Source of the DNA: a virus
Length of the DNA: 64,000 bases
Strand: one strand, 5' to 3'
Virus record (IMG/VR): IMGVR_UViG_3300033179_000001
Location: 1-64,000 of that record
Shown here: positions 9,313-19,392 of the stretch, piece by piece
How positions within the stretch are numbered: the first letter of the stretch is position 1
Layout: every line of letters starts with the position of its first letter
The notes under the pieces: generated by a model
The model's database searches: none
What the model was told of the DNA's origin: nothing
What the model saw: the letters and a program-made list of their open reading frames with translations, nothing else
Program-made: the position numbers and the translations under genes

Positions 9313-9741
9313 ATGACTGATATCACGACCCAGCGAGCCTATGTCCGCCCCGTCTCCACAATCGAGCGCCGCGCGGAGGCCCTGGACGAACTGCGCCAAC
9401 TCCATATCGAGTGCGAGGCCCTCCAGAGCCAATCTGTTGAGGACAAGCGGTTGATTGCCCACCTGAACGATCGGAACCAATTCCTGCTCGAACAATTGCG
9501 CATCTCACAGCAGACCGAACGTGTTGCGATGCGCAAACTCATGCGTCTTTCTCAGTCAATGAGCAATATCGGCCGGCTCACTGAGGAAGCCCAAGAGATC
9601 ATGAAAAGCGCGCAGGAATATCAGGACGAAATCGACCACTCTGCAAAAGAATCGAGAGACGATGTGGCAACAGTGAATGCGATAGCGGATCAAATCAGTG
9701 CAATGCCTGCAATCTGGCAAACCGATGAGGTCAAATCATGA
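9313..9741 (+). CDS. coiled-coil hypothetical protein
   Basis: GAGG SD; heptad pattern. Confidence 0.65.
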   Translation: MTDITTQRAYVRPVSTIERRAEALDELRQLHIECEALQSQSVEDKRLIAHLNDRNQFLLEQLRISQQTERVAMRKLMRLSQSMSNIGRLTEEAQEIMKSAQEYQDEIDHSAKESRDDVATVNAIADQISAMPAIWQTDEVKS

Positions 9742-9926
9742 AAACATTTGAAGCTGCCACCAAAGCAATGATCAACGAAGACCGCGAGCTTGGTCATATC
9801 GGCGTAGACGATCCTGAGTGGGGAAGGTACGAGAGCATGCTACGGGCGGCACTATTGGTTGTGCAGCGCAATCTCCCAGGTTCCTGTCATAACGCGCTCG
9901 CCGCCGTCCTCAAAGGCGAGGCATAA
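9738..9926 (+). CDS. hypothetical protein
   Basis: ATGA coupling. Confidence 0.55.
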   Translation: MKTFEAATKAMINEDRELGHIGVDDPEWGRYESMLRAALLVVQRNLPGSCHNALAAVLKGEA

Positions 9927-10308
9927 TTACCCTCGATCGAAAATCGCTATCAGGATGAGGATCAGGAGGGTGTAGGCGACGATGCCCATCGTTTGCGCTC
10001 CAACTGATCAGCTATCCAGCCGCATCCAACCCAAAGCGCCCAGAACGGCGCCAGCACGATCGCAGCCATGATCATCAGCCATCGAACGAGGTTGATCATA
10101 TGCCCACCATTGCCCCGCGAGCTACTAGATACCCGATTAGTAGCAGGCCAATAGCACAGGGAATCGCGATATTGAAGATGAAGTACCCCATCAAATTGCT
10201 CCGTTGAGAACACTGAAGAACCACCACAGGCCGGCTATAGCGCCGATGAACATGGCCCAAGCGCAGATCAGAGATTCTTCGTCTGTCCATGCGTCGTAGG
10301 GTCTCATA

Positions 10309-10506
10309 TCAGTGGCACCGTTCGATCTCGTAACCATTAGTGGCCTGCTTCAGGCAGCGCTCATGGTCTTCGATATATGCCCCTCTGGACTCAAGCACCA
10401 TCCCAACAATGACGATGAGAGCGAGCGCACCGACAAGAGCAATGATTCCCACGATCGCATGAGCAATAACATTCCTGACTGCCAGCCACGGATCATCTAG
10501 TTGCAT
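10309..10506 (-). CDS. small membrane protein
   Basis: One TM helix and a C-terminal Cys pair. Confidence 0.55.
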   Translation of the reverse strand: MQLDDPWLAVRNVIAHAIVGIIALVGALALIVIVGMVLESRGAYIEDHERCLKQATNGYEIERCH

Positions 10507-10510
10507 CTCA

Positions 10511-10942
10511 TCAATCCTTGTCGGTTTTATAACCTATTCCGTGGCGATCATAATTGCGGCGAATCCTAGGTACCCATTTTAAGGGCCAGATTGCCTCAGT
10601 TACAGACTGCAGCAAGCGAAATCCATTCTCATGATTTGGCGGCACTCGCGAGTTCAGAGATGCGGCATTCACCGCCAAGATCAGCATACCTGGAATCAGA
10701 TTTCCAGCGGCGATGAGAGACGGCTCCCAAAAGGTGCCTTGAGCCAGTATGGTGAAGCCCAAGAACAAGACTGCAGTCCTAAATGAAAGCCTCCGTGCCT
10801 TGCGAAGATTTATCGTTTCCCATCTTTTTAATTGAAGATCATTATCGGCTTGGGAACCTACAACCGCCAGCATGAACATGCCGGCTATCGCGAACAGATC
10901 ATATGTCAGCCAAACCAATGGCAAGTTGAGCAAGCTATTCAT
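10511..10942 (-). CDS. multi-TM membrane protein (lysis region)
   Basis: Three hydrophobic segments; overlaps the end of the upstream holin-like gene. Confidence 0.6.
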   Translation of the reverse strand: MNSLLNLPLVWLTYDLFAIAGMFMLAVVGSQADNDLQLKRWETINLRKARRLSFRTAVLFLGFTILAQGTFWEPSLIAAGNLIPGMLILAVNAASLNSRVPPNHENGFRLLQSVTEAIWPLKWVPRIRRNYDRHGIGYKTDKD

Positions 10943-11291
10943 TTCTCATTCTTTCGATGTGCTTCAACCATTTAGCCAGTTGACGATCCGCCCATTGGCC
11001 AATCCGTAATCCACCCATTCCGATCAAGAATGCCACCGACCATGGGACGAACTTTATCGCCGCTTCTGGAAATTGTATCTTCGTCAGTAGTTGCGGCACC
11101 GCCACAACTATTATCAACAAAAGAGGCACGAAAAAGTTCGATGCAAATCCACCAAGTATGACATACCTGACCAGTTTCCATGGAGTAGGAGGATTCGGCT
11201 CCATGGATATGCGAAAAAACCCGCCCATGAATCCGGTTATGAGAAGGTTAAGATTGATTATTTCATAGCCACCCACAGGATCATGCAACAT
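10935..11291 (-). CDS. holin-like membrane protein
   Basis: LITGFMGGF...ILGGFASNF...VAFLIGMGG, 3-TM pattern. Confidence 0.6.
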   Translation of the reverse strand: MLHDPVGGYEIINLNLLITGFMGGFFRISMEPNPPTPWKLVRYVILGGFASNFFVPLLLIIVVAVPQLLTKIQFPEAAIKFVPWSVAFLIGMGGLRIGQWADRQLAKWLKHIERMRNE

Positions 11292-11769
11292 CTGCCCCGC
11301 CGCCAGCCATAGATGCTATTGTACTCGTAATCCAAAGTAGATCGCGTGGGGTCATACGGCATGCTGGAACAACTTTGTTCTCAGGAAGCCACCCGCAGAA
11401 TATGAGACCGTCCGCAATGTACGACGTGCATTCCCACGCCCCGGGATCATGCCAATTGTGCGAACTGAAGGGTCCGAAAAAGTAGAGGATCGCGATCGGA
11501 TCATAGGGCTGGCCAACATGGCTGCGCAGCCGAGCAAAAAACTTGGTTTCCTGCTCCGGTGTCATGTTCAGATGAACGAATGTCTCGTGCGTGAACTTGC
11601 CACCATCGTAGTCCAGTTTTCGTTCCTGCACGCCACCGAGTAGCAAAGCCCCAAGATACGTCCCCTCCGATGTCTTGGCATCGACATGGGTGTACTTCAC
11701 CCCATACTGAACGATCCCGCATAAGTCGGTGAAAATTCCGGGGTGCTCGACGAAGCGCAGATCGGTCAT
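11281..11769 (-). CDS. permuted papain-like (YaeF/YiiX, NlpC/P60) enzyme
   Basis: YTHVD...VGQPYD...WECTSYI...MTPRDL. Confidence 0.75.
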   Translation of the reverse strand: MTDLRFVEHPGIFTDLCGIVQYGVKYTHVDAKTSEGTYLGALLLGGVQERKLDYDGGKFTHETFVHLNMTPEQETKFFARLRSHVGQPYDPIAILYFFGPFSSHNWHDPGAWECTSYIADGLIFCGWLPENKVVPACRMTPRDLLWITSTIASMAGGGADVA

Positions 11770-12056
11770 TTTCTCGTGTTCTTTTCAATCTGGCAAAGCC
11801 GGTAGATGTGAATACAGGCGGCCGGGATGCCAAAAACTACACCGATCACCGCGCATATTGCTGTGATCCATTGGGGAGTCATCTTACCATTCTCCAATGA
11901 ATCCCATGCTTGATCGCACAGGCTTTCGCCAGCCATACTTTCGAAACTGGCGTGGCTGCCACAATCGGCGCGGGAACCTCATAGATTCGCGCTCGATCGA
12001 GGTCCGCCAGATCGATCCCAGGAAAAAGAGTTGCCAGCAGAACGGCGCAACTCATC

Positions 12057-12221
12057 TCACAGCTTTTTAACTGCTGTGGTAAGGGCGTTAGCCTCTGCAT
12101 GAAGTTTGGCGGAAAGAGCGTTGGCACCGATGACCGCTCTTTGAATGAAGCTCTTGCAAAACCACACAAAGGCTGCGCCCGCGACAAAGCCAAGCATACC
12201 TGAAACAATCCACTGAGACAT
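12057..12221 (-). CDS. small signal-anchor membrane protein (below ORF-track cutoff)
   Basis: MSQWIVSGMLGFVAGAAFVWFCK...; 54 aa. Confidence 0.5.
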   Translation of the reverse strand: MSQWIVSGMLGFVAGAAFVWFCKSFIQRAVIGANALSAKLHAEANALTTAVKKL

Positions 12222-12222
12222 T

Positions 12223-12723
12223 TTATTTCCCCTTTTGGGTCACTGCGAGAGTAGCCGCCATTCGATCTTGACCACGCAACATCATGCGATCACCGAACCA
12301 GAAACCAATGATGGCACCGAACATAGCTTGGGTTTCGGCTGGCCACAGAACCTTAACAAGTTGGCCAAGATCATAACCGCTGTTCACCGCATAGATGAAC
12401 ATGAATACCTCTAGAAGTATCCAGAGATGAAAGAAAACCAAGGTAATATACGGCCTGACAAAAATCGCCAATCCGTCCACAAACTTGTTGCCAGTAAGGC
12501 CGCTGCCAAAGTTGTAAATGTGATCTGCCTGTCGAATATCAGCCTGAGCGTTTGCGAGATCGACCTGTAGAGCAATGCCTTCCTTCTGAGCTTGTAGCTG
12601 GAGTTGGGCCATTGCCAATTGCTGGGCATTTTGAGCCTTCAACGTAAAGAGTTGCACGATCGCTGGTACCATGCCGGCAAGCGCGCCAAGAATGGCGGGA
12701 AGGGCCGCGAGAATCGCTATCAT
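12223..12723 (-). CDS. 3TM holin-like protein
   Basis: FVDGLAIFVRPYIT...AIIGFWFGDR. Confidence 0.7.
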   Translation of the reverse strand: MIAILAALPAILGALAGMVPAIVQLFTLKAQNAQQLAMAQLQLQAQKEGIALQVDLANAQADIRQADHIYNFGSGLTGNKFVDGLAIFVRPYITLVFFHLWILLEVFMFIYAVNSGYDLGQLVKVLWPAETQAMFGAIIGFWFGDRMMLRGQDRMAATLAVTQKGK

Positions 12724-12962
12724 GGTTTAGCCGCCATATTGTTGATAGTTGCATCCTTGACGCTGGATGATGCAGACGAGCCAACCCAATACGAAACAAC
12801 CTGACCGAACGCGGCACCGAGCGCTCCGAGCATCACGAGTTGAACTTCCGATGTCGCAGTGCCCTGCACTTTCGTCGTTAAGATGAGAACCAAAATCCAC
12901 ATAAATCCGGTAACGACCACCACTGAAACGATGACCCGGCCCCAATTATTGAGTTCGTACAT
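12720..12962 (-). CDS. holin-like 2-TM protein
   Basis: MLGALGAAFGQVVSYWVGSSASSSVKD. Confidence 0.7.
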   Translation of the reverse strand: MYELNNWGRVIVSVVVVTGFMWILVLILTTKVQGTATSEVQLVMLGALGAAFGQVVSYWVGSSASSSVKDATINNMAAKP

Positions 12963-12964
12963 TG

Positions 12965-13765
12965 CTAGGCTCCCTTTGGCCTGAACAGCGCCGCTACCCG
13001 GCCCCAGAATGTCGGGGCAAGACCTGCATGGGCTACTTGTCCAGGTGGGGGCAACGGAATGTCTGGTGCCTTCGGCAAGGCCGGCGCAGCCGCCAATAAC
13101 TCCAGCCCGTGCTCAATCTCTCTCATGGTTGCGGGACCGACTCGGCCGTCACTATCCAAACCTCGTTCTGTTTGGAAGGCTGCAATAGCGCCTCTCAGTG
13201 CTGGCCCCACAATCCCGTCTACGGCTAATTTTGGATCGGCCCCGAGTTGGTTAAGGGATGCCTGCAACCAACTGGTGTCCTTGGCAGGCGCGGAAGTGAT
13301 CGGCGCATCTGCGACGGGCGGGGTACTGATGCCTTTGAAAACGATTCCCTGCGCCTTGATCCAATCGTCATCTGGCGCTGGATATTGTTTGCCTGCCTCA
13401 TGCCAAGCCTGTGCCTTCAAGAAGGCAACCCCCAGCGGACTACTCAGCATATTGTCTGACATGACCGTGTCCTCGGTCATACCTGGTGCCCGCTTCTTAA
13501 CGAAATCGATGTAGGATTGGACCCAGTTGCCGCCGGACCATACTTTGATCGCATCAGCAAAGCGTTTGTTGTGGTAGCGCGGCGAGCGCCATAGATCGAT
13601 TTGCGCACAGATTCCATGAACATAGTCCGGGAAAACTGCAATTCGATTACCCTGTCCGAGGCCATCGTTTAAAGTGACATTTCCCATCTCTCCCCACTTT
13701 TTGGAGATGGCATTCCCGCCCCACATTGCGCCCGGATTTTTGTATCGAATTGATGCCGGTTCCAT
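12965..13765 (-). CDS. endolysin (lysozyme-like domain plus PG_binding_1)
   Basis: ASIRYKNPGAM...AWHEAG; WLQASLNQLG...VDGIVGP...AFQTERGLDSDGRVGPAT. Confidence 0.85.
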   Translation of the reverse strand: MEPASIRYKNPGAMWGGNAISKKWGEMGNVTLNDGLGQGNRIAVFPDYVHGICAQIDLWRSPRYHNKRFADAIKVWSGGNWVQSYIDFVKKRAPGMTEDTVMSDNMLSSPLGVAFLKAQAWHEAGKQYPAPDDDWIKAQGIVFKGISTPPVADAPITSAPAKDTSWLQASLNQLGADPKLAVDGIVGPALRGAIAAFQTERGLDSDGRVGPATMREIEHGLELLAAAPALPKAPDIPLPPPGQVAHAGLAPTFWGRVAALFRPKGA

Positions 13766-13930
13766 AAAATAGTTCCCTTTCAGTTATTGTTTTTAAATGA
13801 TTTTACCGGCTCAACTCATGGTTTCGAGTTCACTGTATCCCAAAAGTGACACGACTCCAAGTGGCCTACCTAGATTGTGGTGGAAGACCACTTGCATAAG
13901 TCTAACAGTTATGATTTAGACCTAAATCGC

Positions 13931-14086
13931 ATGAGCGGGAAAATTCCACAGAAAATCAAGCCGAAGAAGAAACGTGCTCCTCGCGGTACGTTTGATCGCA
14001 CAGCCTATATGCGTGACTTCATGCGCAAGCGTAGGGTTTTTCGCACCCCAAAGATTTCAATCACCATCGGAGGCGTTTCGGTATGA
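13931..14086 (+). CDS. small basic protein
   Basis: FDRTAYMRDFMRKRR motif; first gene of the plus-strand island. Confidence 0.55.
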   Translation: MSGKIPQKIKPKKKRAPRGTFDRTAYMRDFMRKRRVFRTPKISITIGGVSV

Positions 14087-14307
14087 CCCTTGAAGAAACG
14101 GCTATCGCATTTTTCCGCGCTATCAGAGCGGCCGGGAAGGAATGCCTCGGCCACGATCGATTCGGCTTCAAGATAGATGTCAATACGATGTCGCCGCCGG
14201 AGGATAAGGACGCTGCGCTTCTTTTCGGTGCTAAGCTTCAGGAAGCGCTTATTGCCGCATCCCGCACCGTGCAGCCTGTCACCATCGAAGGGACGACGCT
14301 GCAATGA
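14083..14307 (+). CDS. hypothetical protein
   Basis: GGAGG SD; ATGA coupling. Confidence 0.6.
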   Translation: MTLEETAIAFFRAIRAAGKECLGHDRFGFKIDVNTMSPPEDKDAALLFGAKLQEALIAASRTVQPVTIEGTTLQ

Positions 14308-15275
14308 GCGCAATTCTGGTAACCGGTGGGTCAGGGACTTTTGGCCGCGCGTTCGTCCGCCACCTGATTCGCTTCGATATGGCAGATCGAATCGTTGTTT
14401 TCAGCCGAGACGAACAGAAACAAGAGGAAATGGCGCGCGAGATTGCCGATCCGAATAAGCGCGTGCGCTACATGCTGGGCGATGTCCGCGATTTCCCGCG
14501 CCTCTTTATGGCCATGCACGGGATCAATACCGTCGTGCATGCCGCTGCTCTTAAGATCGTTCCGAAATGCGAATATGATCCGATAGAAGCTGTGCGGACC
14601 AATGTCGGTGGGGCTGAGAACGTCATCCGTGCGTCGATCGCAGCCGGTGTCTCAAAGGTCATCGGCTTGTCAACGGACAAAGCCGTGGCTCCGGTCAACC
14701 TCTATGGCGCAACCAAACTCACTGCCGAACGGCTTTTCATTGCAGCAAATCACCTATCTGGATCACCTGGAAATCCAAAATCGACGCGATTCTCTGTGGT
14801 GCGCTATGGGAACGTCGCAAATTCGCGCGGATCAGTAATTCCGCTGTTCAAGAAATTGTTCTCTGAAGGCAAATCGCTCCCGATCACACATTCTGAAATG
14901 ACCCGGTTTTGGATTACGATCGATCGTGCCATCGCCTTTGTGTTTCAATGCTTGGGCAATATGATGGGCGGGGAGGTCTTTATCCCACGCATGCCATCAT
15001 TTCGGATTATTGATTTGGCTGCGGCAATTTCAGCGAATCCAAGCGGTCAATATCCTTCCGTTGATATAGGCATGCGTCCGGGCGAGAAAATCCATGAGAC
15101 GCTGATCACACTACACGACACACCTATGCTTGTGGATGATGTCGGACGCGATCGATTCATGATCATGCCGGAATGGTCCCCGATCGCCAAGCGCCAATTG
15201 ACCGATTTCACCTATTCGTCCGATACCAACACAGAATGGCTGTCGGTTGACGATCTGCGGGAACTGGTCAAGTGA
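14304..15275 (+). CDS. pseB: UDP-GlcNAc 4,6-dehydratase (inverting), PseB/FlaA1
   Basis: TGGSGTFG, FSRDEQKQ, GDVRD, HAAALK.VP..EY.P, LSTDKA..PVNLYGATKL, VRYGNV..SRGSVIPLF, MTRFWIT, RPGEKIHE. Confidence 0.92.
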   Translation: MSAILVTGGSGTFGRAFVRHLIRFDMADRIVVFSRDEQKQEEMAREIADPNKRVRYMLGDVRDFPRLFMAMHGINTVVHAAALKIVPKCEYDPIEAVRTNVGGAENVIRASIAAGVSKVIGLSTDKAVAPVNLYGATKLTAERLFIAANHLSGSPGNPKSTRFSVVRYGNVANSRGSVIPLFKKLFSEGKSLPITHSEMTRFWITIDRAIAFVFQCLGNMMGGEVFIPRMPSFRIIDLAAAISANPSGQYPSVDIGMRPGEKIHETLITLHDTPMLVDDVGRDRFMIMPEWSPIAKRQLTDFTYSSDTNTEWLSVDDLRELVK

Positions 15276-15457
15276 CGAACGAACAACGCTATTACGATGC
15301 CCTGCATCGGATCGCAAAGGAATACCAGACCAGCGATCAATTGCGCCGTGGTGCCGGTCAGTTCGGCTGCAGCCTCGCCGAAGAATTTGAAATGGCATAC
15401 GAGAACATGCAGTCAGTTGCAAAGACTGCGATCAAGGGAAAGCAGCGCCCGAAATGA
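15272..15457 (+). CDS. hypothetical protein
   Basis: GTGA/ATGA coupling within operon. Confidence 0.55.
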   Translation: MTNEQRYYDALHRIAKEYQTSDQLRRGAGQFGCSLAEEFEMAYENMQSVAKTAIKGKQRPK

Positions 15458-16080
15458 CAACCTCTCTCAACCCATTCGACGTGGTCCGGCAATTCGAGGC
15501 CGCACTATGCGATTATACCGGTGCCAAATATGCCGTGACGGTCAATAACTGCACCATGGCGTTGCTGCTAGCTGCTGCCTGCTGCAGGCAGGTAATCCTG
15601 AAGGGTTCAGACGGGAACGCCGTGGGCATCCCCAAGCGCACCTATGTTTCCGTTCCGATGTCGATCATCCATGCTGGATATAGGCCGACGTTTCGCGATG
15701 AAGAATGGATCGGGGCTTATTGTCTTGCCCCGCTTCCGGTATGGGACTGCGCACGTCGCTTCACATCTGGGATGTTTATTCCCGGTCAAATGCAGTGCGT
15801 CTCGTTCCATTGGCGCAAGATTCTCGGAATCCAACAGGGTGGCGCGATCCTGCACGATAACCCGTTCGCCGATGAATGGCTGCGCCGAGCCCGGTTCGAC
15901 GGCCGTCGCGAGGGTGTGGCACCCAAAGACGATGATTTCGATATGATCGGATGGCACTGCTATATGTCGCCAGAGATCGCCGCAGAGGGTTTGGTGCGAC
16001 TGGCGAACCTGCCGAAGCACAATGCCGATCTGCCCAATGATCCATATCCCGACTTGAGCCTAATGAGGATTTTCCGATGA
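15454..16080 (+). CDS. DegT/DnrJ PLP sugar aminotransferase (PseC-like, compact)
   Basis: FEAALCDYTGAKYAVTVNNCTMALLLA; DCA; SFHWRKIL...GGAI with PLP Lys; only 208 aa. Confidence 0.85.
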   Translation: MTTSLNPFDVVRQFEAALCDYTGAKYAVTVNNCTMALLLAAACCRQVILKGSDGNAVGIPKRTYVSVPMSIIHAGYRPTFRDEEWIGAYCLAPLPVWDCARRFTSGMFIPGQMQCVSFHWRKILGIQQGGAILHDNPFADEWLRRARFDGRREGVAPKDDDFDMIGWHCYMSPEIAAEGLVRLANLPKHNADLPNDPYPDLSLMRIFR

Positions 16081-16913
16081 CGCCAGACCTTTGCATCTAT
16101 CACGGTGGCGAATGCTTGGACGGCTTTGCGGCGGCTTGGATCGTCTGGCGTAAGTTCGGCGATAGCGTCAAGTTTCATGCCGGCGTCTATGGCAAGCCTG
16201 CACCTGATGTGACTGGACTTAACGTCGCAATCGTGGATTTCAGTTACAAGCGGCCGGAGATGATTACGCTCGCTAAAAGTGCCAAAAATATTCTGGTTCT
16301 GGATCACCACAAGACGGCAGCGGCCGAACTCCTCGGTCTTGAAGACGATCTTAGGAATGCAGAAATCGTTTTCGAGATGCAGCAATGCGGTTCAATGTTG
16401 GCATGGCAACATTATTTTCCGGGGGAACAAGCCCCATTGTTCTTGGCCTATATCCAGGATCGCGACCTCTGGACCAAGAAGATTCCCGGTGTCGAGGAAT
16501 TTACATCAGCGCTGCGCTCATACCCCATGGATTTTGGGGTTTGGAATCAGATCATTCTTGAATCAATCCGCGCAGAAAAAGCCGGATTGCCTGAGCCGCT
16601 CATCAGCGAAGGCGTTGCGATCCAGCGCTATTTCCGAACACTGGTCGAGAGTACCAAGAAGCACGCCCATATGCGCGAGATCGCCGGCTACACAGTCCCA
16701 GTCGTCAATGCATCGCTGTTTCTGGCCTCTGAGGTTTGCGGCGAGTTATGCGAAGAAAATGCTTATCGCTTCGCGGCCATGTACGCCGAGACAGCAACTG
16801 ATGTGATCTGGTCGCTACGCTCGCGCGGGGATTTCGACGTTAGCGAGGTTGCGCGCAAGTTTGGTGGAGGCGGTCACAAGAATGCCGCAGGCTTCACGGT
16901 GCCGCGTCCATGA
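16077..16913 (+). CDS. DHH/DHHA1 phosphoesterase
   Basis: CLDG, VDFS, LDHHKT, IQDRDLW, FGGGGHKNAAGF. Confidence 0.9.
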   Translation: MTPDLCIYHGGECLDGFAAAWIVWRKFGDSVKFHAGVYGKPAPDVTGLNVAIVDFSYKRPEMITLAKSAKNILVLDHHKTAAAELLGLEDDLRNAEIVFEMQQCGSMLAWQHYFPGEQAPLFLAYIQDRDLWTKKIPGVEEFTSALRSYPMDFGVWNQIILESIRAEKAGLPEPLISEGVAIQRYFRTLVESTKKHAHMREIAGYTVPVVNASLFLASEVCGELCEENAYRFAAMYAETATDVIWSLRSRGDFDVSEVARKFGGGGHKNAAGFTVPRP

Positions 16914-17566
16914 CGGAAATAGTCTGCGAAATAAGCGGATCACACGGCGGCAAGATCGAAAACGCCGTTCGGCTTATCCAAGAAGCCAAGCGGGTCGGTG
17001 CAGACTCAGTGAAATTTCAGGCTTTCATCCCTGAACGTCTTGCCGCCAAGCGTGCCAAGAATCCGCGCGTTGTTCAACTGGCGATGGATTTCCACGGCCG
17101 ATCGCTGATTGATCTCTATCGCGAGACGCATACCCCGAGGCATTGGTTCCCGACGCTCATCAGAATCGCGGAGATGGAAAGCATTCCTTGGTTTTCTAGT
17201 GTGTTCGATGCTGACGATGTGGCGTTCCTGGAAACGCTGGATTGCCCCCGCTATAAGATCAGCGCGTTCGAGATGCTCGACGGCGATCTGATCAATGCTG
17301 TGGTTGCGACCGGAAAACCGATCGTGATGTCAATCCGCCCCATGGATGGCCTGACGATCCTGCGCGCGACCGAATACGACGACAAAGAGGACGGCGCACT
17401 CGGAGTTTCGGACCATTCGCCAAATATGAGGTTCATCAGCTACCGATGCCCGATGGTTGAACGGCATTTGCAATTGCCGGACGTATCCTCGCCGGATGAC
17501 GAGTTTTCATCGACGCCGGAGCAATTCCGAGAATACGTCAAAGCAATTAGGACGATGAAGGCATGA
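16910..17566 (+). CDS. nonulosonic acid synthase NeuB/PseI family (no C-terminal AFL/SAF domain)
   Basis: VCEISGSHGG, GADSVKFQ, FSSVFD, YKISAFE, TGKPIVMS, GVSDHS, VERH, PDDEFSSTP. Confidence 0.88.
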   Translation: MTEIVCEISGSHGGKIENAVRLIQEAKRVGADSVKFQAFIPERLAAKRAKNPRVVQLAMDFHGRSLIDLYRETHTPRHWFPTLIRIAEMESIPWFSSVFDADDVAFLETLDCPRYKISAFEMLDGDLINAVVATGKPIVMSIRPMDGLTILRATEYDDKEDGALGVSDHSPNMRFISYRCPMVERHLQLPDVSSPDDEFSSTPEQFREYVKAIRTMKA

Positions 17567-17739
17567 AAATATATTTCCTTCCACAGCAAGATATCAGCGC
17601 GTTTGAACTTGCCTGCATATTTGCAAGGATTTCTAGTCATGTACCGCCGCGTCATGGTGTAAATATCTCGGAATCTCAATGGGACTCATTAGCACCAGAG
17701 ATTAAAAAACACTGGTCTCTTGAACCTCCGAAAGATTAA
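17563..17739 (+). CDS. 58-aa hypothetical protein (below ORF-track cutoff)
   Basis: ATGA-coupled ORF MKIYFLPQQDISAFELA...; fills the intergenic gap. Confidence 0.5.
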   Translation: MKIYFLPQQDISAFELACIFARISSHVPPRHGVNISESQWDSLAPEIKKHWSLEPPKD

Positions 17740-17741
17740 CG

Positions 17742-18014
17742 ATGATGGTCGCATGCAAGGAATGCTCGACGATCTATAACGATGCCGATCGGTCGACCAT
17801 TTGCCCGCACGACTGGATTATGCCCCCGATTGATCTGATGCAGAAAAAACTGGCGCTTGAATTGATTGACCACGACATCTGCTTTGCTCACCAGCCTGAC
17901 GGTCCAACCCACCGCATTCAATCGATCACATGGAATGGAATGGTGACGTTGCACGATATGGTTGGTCAGTTCGCGCCGCATCTATTCGTAAAGGCAAACA
18001 AGGAAACCAAATGA
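17742..18014 (+). CDS. hypothetical protein with CxxC
   Basis: CKEC...ICPH. Confidence 0.6.
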   Translation: MMVACKECSTIYNDADRSTICPHDWIMPPIDLMQKKLALELIDHDICFAHQPDGPTHRIQSITWNGMVTLHDMVGQFAPHLFVKANKETK

Positions 18015-19153
18015 ACCGAGTCTACTGTGTTCGGTGCCTTATACCTGCCGAAAAACCTGATATCAGTTTCGATTCGTCTGGTCTCTGCTCTGCCTGCCAA
18101 GCCTTCGACGCGCGCTCACTGATCGATTGGGATGCACGGGAAACAGACTTCCGCAGAGTGGTCCTAGAAGCCCGTAGGGAGGCCGCTGATCGTGGTGCAT
18201 CCCATGACTGCATTGTCCCCGTCAGTGGGGGCAAAGACAGCCATGCTCAGGTCCTACGGGCTCTGGACTACGGTCTGCGCATTCTCGCCGTCACCGCAGA
18301 GACCGACCACCTATCAGACATCGGCCGGCGCAACCTGGACAACATTGCGAAACTCGGCTGCGACCATATCGAGGTGAAGACGAATCCCGTGCTCCGGCGT
18401 AAGATCAATCGTTTCACGCTGGAAACCATTGGAGATATATCGTGGGCCGAACATATCACGATCTTTTCCATTCCGATCCGAATCGCCTCGATGATGAAAA
18501 TTCCATTGGTCATCTGGGGAGAAAACCCACAAAACGAGTATGGCGGGCCGGCCGAATCACAAAAGGCAACCGAACTAACGGAGGCGTGGCTAAACGAGTT
18601 CGGCGGGCTAAATGGACTGCGTATCGACGATGTCGAAGCGAATTTAGGACCGATTGGTAACTTATATCGTTATCCTGAATTTCATCCGGACGCGCGAAAG
18701 TTAGAAGGCGATGCTGCACCAAGTGGCATCTTCTTGGGCCAATTCTTTCCATGGTCAGGATACGATAACGCCATTCTGGCTCACCAGCACGGATTTGAAT
18801 TATCTAAGGAACCCGTGGAGGTTTCTGGGTTCTGTTATGAGAACTTAGACAATGGACAAACTGGCCTGCACGATCGAATGAAATTCACAAAGTTCGGGTT
18901 TGGACGCGCCACAGATATATGCTCGAACCTCATTCGACGTGGCCTCATGACGCGAGATCACGCAATCGAGCACGTCAAGCAATGGGATGGCAAATTTCCG
19001 TTCACCTATCTCGGTATCGGTATTGGAAAAATCTTGCGTGAGATCGGCATGACCATTGACGATTATCTGGCTGTCGAGGCCAACTTTGCCAACCGAGACT
19101 TGTTTGATATCGGGCCAGAAGGCATCGCGATTCCTAAGTTTGAGGTGCAGTGA
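18011..19153 (+). CDS. N-acetyl-sugar amidotransferase (WbuX/WbpG/PseA-like acetamidino synthase)
   Basis: CVRC...GLCSAC, DCIVPVSGGKDS PP-loop, IWGENPQNEYGG, YENLD, KFGFGRATD; start ATG at 18011. Confidence 0.9.
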   Translation: MNRVYCVRCLIPAEKPDISFDSSGLCSACQAFDARSLIDWDARETDFRRVVLEARREAADRGASHDCIVPVSGGKDSHAQVLRALDYGLRILAVTAETDHLSDIGRRNLDNIAKLGCDHIEVKTNPVLRRKINRFTLETIGDISWAEHITIFSIPIRIASMMKIPLVIWGENPQNEYGGPAESQKATELTEAWLNEFGGLNGLRIDDVEANLGPIGNLYRYPEFHPDARKLEGDAAPSGIFLGQFFPWSGYDNAILAHQHGFELSKEPVEVSGFCYENLDNGQTGLHDRMKFTKFGFGRATDICSNLIRRGLMTRDHAIEHVKQWDGKFPFTYLGIGIGKILREIGMTIDDYLAVEANFANRDLFDIGPEGIAIPKFEVQ

Positions 19154-19392
19154 TGCATATTCTTTATGACGAAGACGAATTTGAAACCATCGTCACAAGT
19201 CGCCCCTGCATGTCTTGCGGTGGGAATCGGGGGAAGTGTCGTGGCGTCGGCTGCAACGGCTCATTCGGAGTTGGATCGCGCCGACGTACCCCAGCCGAAG
19301 TGAAAGAGATCAAAGCGAAACGCCAACGTGAACATGAAGATGCCATCTTGGCTGAGGCCGATTTGATACGGCATCGTCGCGGCTTACGCTAA
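19150..19392 (+). CDS. Cys-rich hypothetical protein
   Basis: CMSC...CRGVGC. Confidence 0.55.
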   Translation: MMHILYDEDEFETIVTSRPCMSCGGNRGKCRGVGCNGSFGVGSRRRTPAEVKEIKAKRQREHEDAILAEADLIRHRRGLR

